The notes under the pieces: generated by a model
Told to the model about the DNA's origin: nothing
Seen by the model: the letters and a program-made list of their open reading frames with translations, nothing else
Databases searched by the model: none
Made by a program: the position numbers and the translations under genes
Origin: Clostridia bacterium
GTDB taxonomy: Bacteria > Bacillota > Clostridia > TANB77 > UBA1234
NCBI GenBank assembly: GCA_017522765.1
Contig: JAFWYG010000001.1
Coordinates: 411,291-475,290 of the forward strand
DNA length: 64,000 bases
Reading direction: 5' to 3'
Shown: one piece after another, positions 28,180 through 38,173 of the stretch
Numbering within the stretch: the first letter of the stretch is position 1
How the letters are laid out: every line of letters begins with the position of its first letter

Positions 28180-28339
28180 AATTATGAGAACAGTGCTATA
28201 AAAGGTACTGTTCTTTTATAATTCTATAAATGTCGAATTTTGTCGAACGAATTATTTGGAAATTACACGGTTCGATTGATTTTTCACTTTTATGGTACTA
28301 AAATGAGGAAACAATAAACCCTAAACGGGAGTGATGCAT

Positions 28340-29092
28340 ATGTTTTTAAAAGGCCCATATATACAATTATTCATAGATGTGATGTTGTATGTGCTTTTTA
28401 TTTTCTTTATTATTAAAGATACAAGAAAATTGAGAAAATTAAGATTAGAACTCCAAACTGTTCAAATTAGAAATGAAGAATTAACAAATCAATATGATCA
28501 AATTAGAGAAGTTCGCCATAATTTTGGTAACTTCATTCAAGCTTTATGTGGTTATGTTGAAGTGAAAAATATAAAAGGTATAGAAGAGATGTGTAGTAGA
28601 GTTCAAAAGGAAACTTGTGCTACATATGAAGTTAAAGATTCAAACATATCTAGAATTTGTAATCCAGCATTAGAAAAGCTTATTGAAAATAAGGTGACTC
28701 TTGCTAGGCAGAAAAATATTGTTGTAAAGATTGAATCAAAAACAAATCTTAGAAACTTAAAAATAGATACATATGATTTGTGTAAGATAATAGGAATATT
28801 CTTAGATAATGCAATAGAGGCGTCTGGTGAAAGCAAAGAAAAGGAAATTATAATAAAAATATTTGAAAATAAAAGAGCTAAAAAGAAGAATATTCACATA
28901 GAAAATTCATATGAAGGTATGGTAGATCTTAATAAAATATTTACTAAAGGATATACCAGCAAGACGTATGAAAACGGTAGCCACGGTTTAGGCTTATGGA
29001 GCGTTAAGAAAATTGTACAAGCAAATGATAATATACACATAGTTACAAAGGCGAAAGATAGATTTTGCCAACACATAGAAATAAATTATTAA
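28340..29092 (+). CDS. sensor histidine kinase with AgrC/HPK10-type GHKL ATPase domain, single N-terminal TM, orphan
   Basis: H-box EVRHNFGNF. N-box/G-box ...FLDNAIEAS...GSHGLGLWSVKKIV. There is no adjacent response regulator. Confidence 0.7.
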   Translation: MFLKGPYIQLFIDVMLYVLFIFFIIKDTRKLRKLRLELQTVQIRNEELTNQYDQIREVRHNFGNFIQALCGYVEVKNIKGIEEMCSRVQKETCATYEVKDSNISRICNPALEKLIENKVTLARQKNIVVKIESKTNLRNLKIDTYDLCKIIGIFLDNAIEASGESKEKEIIIKIFENKRAKKKNIHIENSYEGMVDLNKIFTKGYTSKTYENGSHGLGLWSVKKIVQANDNIHIVTKAKDRFCQHIEINY

Positions 29093-29215
29093 CAAAAGGG
29101 AGATTTCAAAAATCGCTCTTATTTTTTTGCCCATTTTCTGGACTTTTTTATAGGGCCTATGATAATATGTTTTTGTGCAAATCAAGATATTTAGCACGTT
29201 TGGAAAGGATTAAAT

Positions 29216-30475
29216 ATGAAAGAAATTATTGTTATAGGCGGGGGACTTGCAGGCTGTGAAGCGGCATACCAAATCGCCAAAAGAGGAATACATGTAAAAC
29301 TATATGAAATGAAACCTATAAAATTTTCTCCTGCACATTCAAATGAGAATATGGCAGAAATTGTGTGTAGCAATTCTTTTAAATCAAATAATTTGACAAA
29401 TGCTTGTGGATTGTTGAAAGAAGAGTTAAGAAGATTAGATTCTTTGTTAATAAGATGCGCAGATGCAACAAAAGTTCCAGCCGGACAAGCTTTAGCTGTT
29501 GATAGAGAAAAATTTGCCGAAATGGTATCAGCAGAAATTAAAGCAAATCCTAATATAGAGGTTATAAATGAGGAAGTTTCTAAAATAGATGATGACAAAA
29601 TTACAATTATAGCTACTGGTCCTTTGACATCTGATGCTTTATCAGAAGAAATTGCAAGACTTACTGGAAGTGAAAAATTGTTTTTCTATGATGCGGCAGC
29701 TCCGATTGTTTCTAAAGAAAGTATCAACATGGAAAAAGCGTTTACTGCGGATAGATACGGTAAGGGTGAAAGCGACTATATAAATTGTCCGATGACAAAA
29801 GAAGAATATGAAGCTTTTTATAATGAACTTATAAATGCTGAAGTTGTTACACTTCATAATTTTGAAAAAGGTGGACTTTTTGAAGGTTGCATGCCAATTG
29901 AAGAAATGGCGAGAAGAGGTTCACAAACATTAACATATGGACCTTTAAAACCAGTTGGCTTTGATAAAAAGTATTATGCGGTAGTTCAATTAAGACAAGA
30001 TAATGCAGAAGATACTTTATATAACATGGTTGGTTTTCAAACAAATTTAAAATTTGGAGAACAGGCAAGAGTATTTAAAATGATACCAGCTTTAGAAAAT
30101 GCAGAGTTTATTAAATATGGAGTTATGCATAGAAATACATATATAAATTCTTCTGAGCTTTTAGATAATACATATAATTTGAAAGGTACAAATATTTACT
30201 TTGCGGGACAAATCTCTGGCGTAGAGGGGTATGTAGAGTCTATTGCTTCTGGTTTAGTTGCTGCGCTTAATGCGGTTCAAAAAATAAACGAAGAAGCCCC
30301 AATAACATTCCATGCAGAAACTGTTATTGGCGCATTAGCAAATTATATTTCAACACCAAATAAAGATTTTCAGCCAATGAATGCTAATTTTGGAATTTTA
30401 AATTGCGATAGAAAAATAAAAAACAAAATTGAAAAATATGAATATCTTGCAAATAGAAGTTTAAATCATTTTTAA
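29216..30475 (+). CDS. trmFO: methylenetetrahydrofolate--tRNA-(uracil54-C5)-methyltransferase
   Basis: MKEIIVIGGGLAGCEAAYQIAKRG FAD fold with the TrmFO/Gid pattern. Confidence 0.9.
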   Translation: MKEIIVIGGGLAGCEAAYQIAKRGIHVKLYEMKPIKFSPAHSNENMAEIVCSNSFKSNNLTNACGLLKEELRRLDSLLIRCADATKVPAGQALAVDREKFAEMVSAEIKANPNIEVINEEVSKIDDDKITIIATGPLTSDALSEEIARLTGSEKLFFYDAAAPIVSKESINMEKAFTADRYGKGESDYINCPMTKEEYEAFYNELINAEVVTLHNFEKGGLFEGCMPIEEMARRGSQTLTYGPLKPVGFDKKYYAVVQLRQDNAEDTLYNMVGFQTNLKFGEQARVFKMIPALENAEFIKYGVMHRNTYINSSELLDNTYNLKGTNIYFAGQISGVEGYVESIASGLVAALNAVQKINEEAPITFHAETVIGALANYISTPNKDFQPMNANFGILNCDRKIKNKIEKYEYLANRSLNHF

Positions 30476-30488
30476 GGAGTTGATAAAT

Positions 30489-31730
30489 TTGAAAAAATTT
30501 ATATTCACATTAATTGCTTTACTATCAATGTCAACATATGTGTTTGCAGGAGTTACTGTTGAATTAAATGGCGAAACACTTAATTTTACAGATGCAAATG
30601 GATATACTGTTAATCCGCAAATTATAAATAATAGAACGATGGTACCTCTTAGAAAAATCTTTGAAACTTTAGGTGCTGAAATTGAATGGTTTGGTGATAC
30701 TGAAACTGTTATTGCTACTAAGGGAGATACTAAAGTTAAGTTGCAAATAAACAATCCGATTGCAGAATTGACTAAAGACGGAGTTACTCAAAAAATAACT
30801 TTAGATTCAAAACCAGTGATTGTTAATGATAGAACTTTAGTACCATTAAGATTTATTTCGGAAAGTTTAGAAAAACAAGTTGCGTGGGATCAAGATACTC
30901 AAACTGCAATAATAATTGACTATGATTATTTTATAAATGTATTTAAAACAAAGGCTCCTGTTTTTTATAATTCGTTAGTAAAAAAATCTAGTGCTCAACC
31001 AGCTACTTTGAAAATATCGAAAGCATATTATGATTTGAAGAATGCCGCATACAACAATGTATCTAACGTTACTGCGCAAATTTATAACAATTCGGAGAAT
31101 AGTAAAAAAGTAATTGTTAGTATGGATGGAAATTCAGAGTTGTTTAATGAAATAAGAAATGAAGGCTGGTCAAATTTTGATATTACAATAAATACAAACG
31201 AGAAGGGAGTATCTTGTACTTCTACATCTGCAACGATAAATCAGATGATCGGTACAGGATATAAGTCAAATGATGAACTTAATCTTATAGGTTCTGTAAA
31301 GGATTCGTGGGGAACATTTTTTAAAAACATTTTTGGTAAAGAAGAAAAAGATGTAAATTTAGCGACGTTTTATAATATAAATTCTGATTATATTAAATTT
31401 ATAAATTTATTTAAATTTTCAAATACTGCAAATTCATCAACGATAACAGCAAGCGGAATTAATTACCTGAATGCAACTTTGAAAAACTTTGATTATACCA
31501 AGTTCGATAATGTCTTGCTTGAAAACGAAATAGTACAAGTATATAATATTTTAAACAAGTTAATATTTAACTATGATGTGACTATGGATGAGCTTCTTTA
31601 TAATGCTTCTAATATAAATGTTTCGATTACAACAACAGTGGAAGGAAATTTATATAGAACTAATTTCATAGTAGAACTACTTAATGAATATAACGAAAAA
31701 GTAGTATACACGGTTAATGTAACAAGATAA
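30489..31730 (+). CDS. secreted copper-amine-oxidase N-terminal (stalk-like) domain protein
   Basis: Two NG.TL.F...P.I.N.RTMVPLR.I.E.LGA.V.W repeats. Signal peptide MKKFIFTLIALLSMSTYVFA. The TTG start at 30489 follows SD AAGGAG; the tracked start 30480 abuts the SD. Confidence 0.65.
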   Translation: MKKFIFTLIALLSMSTYVFAGVTVELNGETLNFTDANGYTVNPQIINNRTMVPLRKIFETLGAEIEWFGDTETVIATKGDTKVKLQINNPIAELTKDGVTQKITLDSKPVIVNDRTLVPLRFISESLEKQVAWDQDTQTAIIIDYDYFINVFKTKAPVFYNSLVKKSSAQPATLKISKAYYDLKNAAYNNVSNVTAQIYNNSENSKKVIVSMDGNSELFNEIRNEGWSNFDITINTNEKGVSCTSTSATINQMIGTGYKSNDELNLIGSVKDSWGTFFKNIFGKEEKDVNLATFYNINSDYIKFINLFKFSNTANSSTITASGINYLNATLKNFDYTKFDNVLLENEIVQVYNILNKLIFNYDVTMDELLYNASNINVSITTTVEGNLYRTNFIVELLNEYNEKVVYTVNVTR

Positions 31731-31745
31731 TGAGGAGGATGAAAG

Positions 31746-33098
31746 ATGAAAAGATTTATTTCAATGTTGCTAGCACTTACTATGGTATTTTCAATTGCTA
31801 GTATTTCTTTTGCTACTGATATGGTAACAAGTGCTCCAATACTAATAAGCCCAAAACCAGTAGCAATAGCTGAAAGAGGAATTTCTGTAATTCTTAACGG
31901 AGAATATGTTGATTTTACAGATGAATTAGGAAATGTCGTTGAACCACAACTTATTAACGATAGAACAATGGTTCCAATGAGAAAAATATTTGAAGTTTTT
32001 GGCGCAGATGTACAATGGGACGGTGCAACAGAAACTGTTACAGCCGTAACGGAAGAGAAAACATTAAAATTACAAATTAATAATCCTGTTGCAAAAGTAA
32101 TTTCTTTACCTTCTGGTGAAGAAACTGAAATTGTACTTGATTCTGTTCCTGTAGTAGTAGAAGGAAGAACTTTGGTTCCAGTAAGATTTATTGCTGAATC
32201 ATTAGAATTAAAAGTTGGTTGGGATGGAGATACAAGTACAGTTGTTATCATTGATCCTCTAAAAATATTTGAAATAGTAAAAGAAAAAGCACCAACATTC
32301 TATGAATACTTAACAAATGAATATATTGTTCCAGAAGCAATGACAGCAGATGCTGATATGATTTTAAATATCAAATACACAAATGGAGATAATAAAGCAT
32401 TAAATACAAATGCTAAATTTGTTATCGATGCAATGGTAAAAGGTGCTGCTAATCTATATGAAATGAATATGGATTGCAAGGTAACTGGTAAAGGTTTAAT
32501 GTATGAAGAAATTAAATCTGCAGATATGACAAATATATCTTTAGATATGGTTCTAGATACAAATGATATGATTGGATATATTAGATCATCTTTATTAGAA
32601 GAAGACATCGGAAACAAATGGTTAATGGTTGCTGAAGCTGCAGAAGAATTTGAAGATGTAATTGCAAACCCACAAGAATATACAATGGATGATGTTGTAG
32701 ATATGTTCTTTGATTCAATAACTATGACAGAAGATACATATGATGCATTAGTTGCTGGGGTTGAACTATTTTGTAGATTCGCAAGTGATGAATTCTTCAC
32801 AGTATCTGGAAGAACAACAAAGACATATACATATGAAATTACATTAGATGAATTAAATTCTTTATTACAAGAATTAGGAATGAATGCTGATTTAAAAGAT
32901 TATGCTAAATCAGGTAAAATTAAATTTTCATCAAAATACGCAAAGGGAATAAACACAGCTAGTGCATTTGAAATAGCTGCAACAATTTATAATGGTAAAG
33001 AAGAAATTGCACTTTCTTTCACAGGTGATTCTACATTAAATACAACAAAAGCTGTAAATATTAAATTGCCTGCTAAAAATGACGTTGTTGAATATTAA
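31746..33098 (+). CDS. secreted copper-amine-oxidase N-terminal domain protein (tandem paralog)
   Basis: Same repeat architecture (LINDRTMVPMRKIFEVFGADVQWD ... VVEGRTLVPVRFIAESLELKVGWD). SD GAGGAGGATG. Confidence 0.65.
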   Translation: MKRFISMLLALTMVFSIASISFATDMVTSAPILISPKPVAIAERGISVILNGEYVDFTDELGNVVEPQLINDRTMVPMRKIFEVFGADVQWDGATETVTAVTEEKTLKLQINNPVAKVISLPSGEETEIVLDSVPVVVEGRTLVPVRFIAESLELKVGWDGDTSTVVIIDPLKIFEIVKEKAPTFYEYLTNEYIVPEAMTADADMILNIKYTNGDNKALNTNAKFVIDAMVKGAANLYEMNMDCKVTGKGLMYEEIKSADMTNISLDMVLDTNDMIGYIRSSLLEEDIGNKWLMVAEAAEEFEDVIANPQEYTMDDVVDMFFDSITMTEDTYDALVAGVELFCRFASDEFFTVSGRTTKTYTYEITLDELNSLLQELGMNADLKDYAKSGKIKFSSKYAKGINTASAFEIAATIYNGKEEIALSFTGDSTLNTTKAVNIKLPAKNDVVEY

Positions 33099-33157
33099 AA
33101 TTAAATAAAAGAAATAATTAAATGAGAAAGAACATACTATTTTGTGAGGTGGTAATC

Positions 33158-34369
33158 TTGTATAGATACATAAACAAAATAATGGTTCTTTCTCTTTTTT
33201 TACTTTTTTTTATAACACATACATTTGCATATGAAGATGATAGTGAAGTGCTAGATTTAACAGGTGAAGAGTGGTTGGCGACTTCAACGAGTTATGAAAA
33301 AGAACCACAAATTTTATCTAAAGTTGCATTGGCATATGACCGAACATATAAAAAGATTTTGTACGAAAAAAATATGTACGAAAAAGTTCCGAATGCTTCT
33401 ACAACTAAAATATTAACAGCTATAGTGGCATATGAAAATTCTACTTTAGAAGAAATTGTTGTTGTGAGCCGAAGGGCGGCGGCAATCGGTGGTTCGCGAA
33501 TAGGTTTAATATCTGGTGATAAAATATCGATGCAAGATTTACTAAAAGGATTATTACTGTCATCGGGAAATGATGCTGCCATAGCAATTGCGGAGCATGT
33601 TGGTGGAAGTGTAGAAAACTTTTGCGACATGATGAATGAAAAAGCAAAAACTTTAGGTGCTACATCGACACATTTTACATCGCCACATGGTTTAGATAAT
33701 GAAGAACACTATACCACGGCCAATGATTTATTAATTTTTACGGAGTATTTATTAAATATAGATTATTTAGCAAAGTTAGTTGATTTAAAAGAAGCAGCTA
33801 TAAAAATGGGAGAACGAACAAAAAATATTAGAAGTACAAATGAAATGCATTCAATATATGAAGAAGTTAACGGGGTTAAAACGGGTTTTACAAATAAGGC
33901 GGGGCGCTGTTTGGTGACTTCGATAAAAAGAAATAATAGAGAATTAATAATAATTGTGCTTGGTGCAGATACTAAAAAACAGAGAACTTTAGAAACCATT
34001 CAGTTAATTAATTATGGGATAAATAATTTTGAAGAGGTTGATTTATATGAAAAAATGAAAAAGCAATTTCCAGTTTTTGTGGAAAAATCTAAAGACAAAA
34101 GGTATGAAATTTTAATTTCTGGAGAAAAAATGACTCTTTTGAAAAAAGGTGATGCTGGAAAGGTAAGGTATGAGTATGATTTGGTTAATAGATTTGTAGC
34201 ACCTATTGAAAAAGGAGAAAACTTAGGAAAAATATCGATTTTTTTGGAAAAAGAATTGTTAAATATTGTAAATTTAGAAAATGATTGTCGAATTGAAAGA
34301 AAAAGGGTAGATGAATATCTAGAGGAAATAATAAAAAATAAGCTTAAATATATCGAGTTTGCACAATAA
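33158..34369 (+). CDS. dacB: D-alanyl-D-alanine carboxypeptidase (serine-type, PBP5 family)
   Basis: SxxK (ASTTKIL), SxN (SSGND) and KTG (KTGFT) motifs. The TTG at 33158 follows SD GAGGTGG and gives a signal peptide; the tracked ATG 33122 has no SD. Confidence 0.82.
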   Translation: MYRYINKIMVLSLFLLFFITHTFAYEDDSEVLDLTGEEWLATSTSYEKEPQILSKVALAYDRTYKKILYEKNMYEKVPNASTTKILTAIVAYENSTLEEIVVVSRRAAAIGGSRIGLISGDKISMQDLLKGLLLSSGNDAAIAIAEHVGGSVENFCDMMNEKAKTLGATSTHFTSPHGLDNEEHYTTANDLLIFTEYLLNIDYLAKLVDLKEAAIKMGERTKNIRSTNEMHSIYEEVNGVKTGFTNKAGRCLVTSIKRNNRELIIIVLGADTKKQRTLETIQLINYGINNFEEVDLYEKMKKQFPVFVEKSKDKRYEILISGEKMTLLKKGDAGKVRYEYDLVNRFVAPIEKGENLGKISIFLEKELLNIVNLENDCRIERKRVDEYLEEIIKNKLKYIEFAQ

Positions 34370-34507
34370 AATAAGGAAAAATATGGATGCTGAGAGCGTG
34401 AAATGATATAATGTTTGATATCTTAAATAAGTGTTGAAAAATATACTAAAATGTAGTATTATACTTTCTGGAATAGTGTCTCTATAGACCGAAAAGGAGG
34501 AAATATC

Positions 34508-35077
34508 GTGAAAAATAATTTGAAAAAATATGCACTTATGATATTAGCGTTATCGCTAGTTTTTGTTTTAGGAACAAATGCCTTTGGAACAGAATCTGTG
34601 GTAACTGATGGTTCAATAGATTTAGAATTAAATGCAACAAGAGAGGATTTTACAGAACCAGAAATACAAGAAACAGAAGAACCAAAACAAGAAGTTGTTA
34701 AAGATACAACTCCTGTAATTAAAGAAGATAAAGAAACAACATCAAATGAAAATGCAAGTGATGTTGAATTAAATGATGCAAGTGAAACAATTATTAATAG
34801 CAAAGATAAAAAAGCTAGAAGAATTGCTGAACTTACAGACAAGTATAATGATAAAGTATTAGGCAACGTTGCGTATTATTTAGAGTTAGCACAAAAATAT
34901 AGTTTCCCAGTATGTTTTATTGGTTTAGCTATGGGTGCTTTTAATTTCTTAATTATAGGTAACAAAAAACTTGATAAAAAAGAGCAAGGTTTTGCTTGGA
35001 TTGTAGGATTTACAATCGGATTAGTTGTTTTTAATGTAATACCTTTACTATTTGCATTAATCGTTGCGGGTAGATAA
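34508..35077 (+). CDS. hypothetical exported/membrane protein with acidic Thr/Glu-rich region
   Basis: Signal peptide and two C-terminal TM segments. GTG start after SD AAGGAGG. Confidence 0.45.
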   Translation: MKNNLKKYALMILALSLVFVLGTNAFGTESVVTDGSIDLELNATREDFTEPEIQETEEPKQEVVKDTTPVIKEDKETTSNENASDVELNDASETIINSKDKKARRIAELTDKYNDKVLGNVAYYLELAQKYSFPVCFIGLAMGAFNFLIIGNKKLDKKEQGFAWIVGFTIGLVVFNVIPLLFALIVAGR

Positions 35078-35121
35078 TCAAATTTTATAGCAAGCAGAAT
35101 AATTGGGAAGGTGATTAATAT

Positions 35122-38100
35122 ATGAAGGTGCTATTTGCAGTTGGATCTGAGCAAGTATCAAAGAATATAGCAGATAAGTATTACGAGAAATATGGGGAAG
35201 TACTGGAATATAAAAATGTGTTTTTCTTTAAGGCATTAATTGATGAAATAAAGAGAGACAAAACCTATGACAGAATAGTTGTTAGTGAAGAAATCGAAGA
35301 GTATGCTAGAACAGCTGATTTAGAACAAGTAGATAGAAGACTATTTAACTATATCGACCAAATAACTGATGAAACGCAAGATACAGATATTATTATCATT
35401 TGCGGAAATAGAAGAAATAAAGGCGATGCTTTTATTAATAAATTATTTAGCATAGGTATATATAACTTATTAATTGGTGATGACAGAAACGTAACACCAC
35501 TTTGCGATATCTTGAAAAAACCAAAAACAAAAAGAGAGGCAAAGCAATATTTGGGAATAGATACATCACTTATTTCAGACAGTTCTATGACGAGAGACGA
35601 TGAAGTTGATGAATACCAAATAAGAAGTATTTTAAGTTATTATGACGGAATTAAAAATCAACCTGAAAGATATGTTGAAACATTTGATAGAATTGCTGAA
35701 CAATACAGTAGATTGCAATTAATAATTATATTCAATTATTTGCCACCTGCTGTAAAAAAAGCAATTGCAGAGACTGATAGATATAGACATTTAGCGGCGC
35801 CTCCAGGGGAAGCTGCTAGAGGACCACAAGGTGCTGGTCCAGCGCAACCAAAGCAACCACAACAACCTGCGGCTCAAGCACCACAAAAAACTACTATTAC
35901 AAAACCGCAAAAAGAGAAGAAAGGATTATTTGGCAATTTTAAGAAAAATAAAAACAATCCAAATAAACCAACTTCAGAACAAGCAATGGAATCATTAGCA
36001 CAAACGGGAAGCATAGATTTAAGTACAAATACACCGCCTGCAGCACCTTCAAGCCAAGCAGCAGAGCAAGCTAAACTAGCTCAAGAAAAAGCTGAAGCAG
36101 ATAAAAGAGCTGCAGAAGAAGCTGCTAAATTAAGAGAAGAAGCAGCAAAACAACAACAACAAGAAGAATTAGCGAGAAAAGCTAGAGAAGAGCAAATGCA
36201 AAGAGAGCAACAAGCGAAAGCTCAAGCACAACAAAATCAACAAGCTCAAGTTGATTCTATACAACAAGCTAAAGAAGCTGAACAAAGACGTTTACAAGAA
36301 TTAGCTAAGCAACAACAAATGCAAAGAGAGCAAGCACAAGCTAAACAAGCGGAAGCGGATGAACAAAAACGTTTGCAAGAATTAGCTAAGCAACAACAAT
36401 TACAAAGAGATCAGGCGCAAGCTAAACAAGCGGAAGCGGACGAGCAAAAACGCTTACAAGAATTAGCTAAGCAACAACAATTACAAAGAGATCAAGCGCA
36501 AGCTAAGCAAGCGGAAGCGGACGAGCAAAAACGTTTACAAGAACTAGCTAAGCAACAACAAATGCAAAGAGATCAAGCACAAGCTAAACAAGCGGAAGCA
36601 GATGAACAAAAACGTTTGCAAGAATTAGCTAAGCAACAACAAATGCAAAGAGATCAAGCACAAGCTAAACAAGCGGAAGCGGACGAACAAAAACGTTTGC
36701 AAGAATTAGCTAAGCAACAACAGCTACAAAGAGAACAACCAACACCAAGTGGCATAAATATAAAACCAAATCCAAATGCTCCAAGAGCAGTACCGAATAA
36801 AGAGTTTGATATAGATGTGGAACCGATTGCAAAGACTCCGACAGAACCACCAAAACCTGTAGAGCCCGTTAAACCGGTTGAACCACCAAAACCAGCGGAA
36901 CCAGTTCGTCCAGTAGAGCCTCCAAAGCCTGCTGAGCCAGTAAAACCAATTGAACCGCAGGGGACTGTGGTTACTCCAGTTGTACCGGTTACACCAATAT
37001 CTAATGCAACTCCAAGTGAGCCTCAACAACCTAAATATGCACCACCATCACAACATGTTCCTACACCAGAACAATTGGCTGGAGCGAAAGTTGTTTCACC
37101 AGCGTTAAGTGCTGAAGAAGCAAGAATGAAAGAACAACAAGAAAATCTTGCTAAAGAACAACAAAAAATTAGAGAAGCTCAAGAAAAATTGGAAGAAGAA
37201 AAGAGAAAATTAAAAGAAGAACAAGAAAAATTGATGACTGCTCAAAATCAGTTAAGAGCAGATGGCATGTTGCCAAATATGCCACAATATACAACTACAG
37301 TAGGGGCTAATGGAAGACCACAAGTTCCAATGGGATCTTTTAAGAAAATGGTTGTATTTGTTGGTCCAAATAAAGCGGGAACCACTTTCGTAGTAAATGC
37401 AGTAGCACATGCAATGGCGAACGAAAAAATAATGACATCAGTTTTGGACATGACTAGAGATAAAGGTATGTGGTATATATACAGCCAACAATATAGCACA
37501 GCTATGCAAAAGAAAATGGCGAACTACATGCAAAGAATATCAGATGGAGAAGAGTTATTTATCGAAACTTCAAATCCATTTTTGAAAATTTATTCTGCGC
37601 CAGGTTCTATAAGTGATGTTAGAAGAGGATATAAACATAAAAACATTATGGATGTAGTAAGAAACAATGCAAATGTTGTTTTAGTTGATGCTGACTTTAC
37701 TACTCCGATAGATTATTTTGATCATGCGGATGAGGTATATGTAGTTCAAGACTTAGATATATTGAAAATGCCAGATACAACTTTATTCTTAAGAGAGTTG
37801 AAAAATAGAGGCATGAACATGAAAAAAATAAGAGTTATCTTAAACAAATATGTTAAGACGGCCACACTAAATTCTAAGAAACTTATTCAAGTAATGAGCA
37901 CATATTCAGACCCAGGAATGACATATATGGAATCAGAACTTTTACCATCAAAAGTAGATTTCTCTACAATACCATATAATATAAATAACTATACAAAATA
38001 TACAGAAGCACTATGTACAGGTCTTAACAACTATAAGGGTTACTCAAATGATTTCTTAGCGGTAATAAGTGAAATAGTGTCAAAGATATATCAAAATGGT

Positions 38101-38160
38101 GCACAATCAAAAATGCCACAAATGGGACAACCAAAAGGAATGAAGAAGTTTTTTGGATAA
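35122..38160 (+). CDS. large modular protein: receiver-like N-domain, coiled-coil tandem repeats, Pro-rich linker, degenerate MinD/ParA-like C-domain (TadZ/CpaE-like ends)
   Basis: 1012 aa. The C-terminus VVFVGPNKAGTTFVVN...VLDMTRD...VVLVDADFTTP has a MinD/ParA pattern but lacks the second Walker A lysine. The middle holds (KRLQELAKQQQ[LM]QR[DE]QAQAKQAEADEQ)n and (PKPxEPV)n. Confidence 0.6.
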   Translation: MKVLFAVGSEQVSKNIADKYYEKYGEVLEYKNVFFFKALIDEIKRDKTYDRIVVSEEIEEYARTADLEQVDRRLFNYIDQITDETQDTDIIIICGNRRNKGDAFINKLFSIGIYNLLIGDDRNVTPLCDILKKPKTKREAKQYLGIDTSLISDSSMTRDDEVDEYQIRSILSYYDGIKNQPERYVETFDRIAEQYSRLQLIIIFNYLPPAVKKAIAETDRYRHLAAPPGEAARGPQGAGPAQPKQPQQPAAQAPQKTTITKPQKEKKGLFGNFKKNKNNPNKPTSEQAMESLAQTGSIDLSTNTPPAAPSSQAAEQAKLAQEKAEADKRAAEEAAKLREEAAKQQQQEELARKAREEQMQREQQAKAQAQQNQQAQVDSIQQAKEAEQRRLQELAKQQQMQREQAQAKQAEADEQKRLQELAKQQQLQRDQAQAKQAEADEQKRLQELAKQQQLQRDQAQAKQAEADEQKRLQELAKQQQMQRDQAQAKQAEADEQKRLQELAKQQQMQRDQAQAKQAEADEQKRLQELAKQQQLQREQPTPSGINIKPNPNAPRAVPNKEFDIDVEPIAKTPTEPPKPVEPVKPVEPPKPAEPVRPVEPPKPAEPVKPIEPQGTVVTPVVPVTPISNATPSEPQQPKYAPPSQHVPTPEQLAGAKVVSPALSAEEARMKEQQENLAKEQQKIREAQEKLEEEKRKLKEEQEKLMTAQNQLRADGMLPNMPQYTTTVGANGRPQVPMGSFKKMVVFVGPNKAGTTFVVNAVAHAMANEKIMTSVLDMTRDKGMWYIYSQQYSTAMQKKMANYMQRISDGEELFIETSNPFLKIYSAPGSISDVRRGYKHKNIMDVVRNNANVVLVDADFTTPIDYFDHADEVYVVQDLDILKMPDTTLFLRELKNRGMNMKKIRVILNKYVKTATLNSKKLIQVMSTYSDPGMTYMESELLPSKVDFSTIPYNINNYTKYTEALCTGLNNYKGYSNDFLAVISEIVSKIYQNGAQSKMPQMGQPKGMKKFFG
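36283..36745 (+). repeat. in-frame 81-bp tandem repeat, about 5.5 copies
   Basis: The unit gaacaaaaacgtttgcaagaattagctaagcaacaacaa[at]t[gt]caaagaga[gt]caagc[ag]caagctaaacaagcggaagcgga[ct] is repeated with only synonymous or conservative changes. Confidence 0.8.
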
Positions 38161-38173
38161 GGAGGTTTAATTA

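Noticed and set aside
28262-28300. tRNA-like GGTTCGATTG element
   Set aside because: There is no acceptor stem or anticodon arm context. It is an isolated T-loop-like hexamer in an intergenic region.
36283-36745. CRISPR-like repeat array
   Set aside because: The repeats are directly tandem with no spacers, 81 bp long and in-frame inside a long ORF, encoding a coiled-coil motif.
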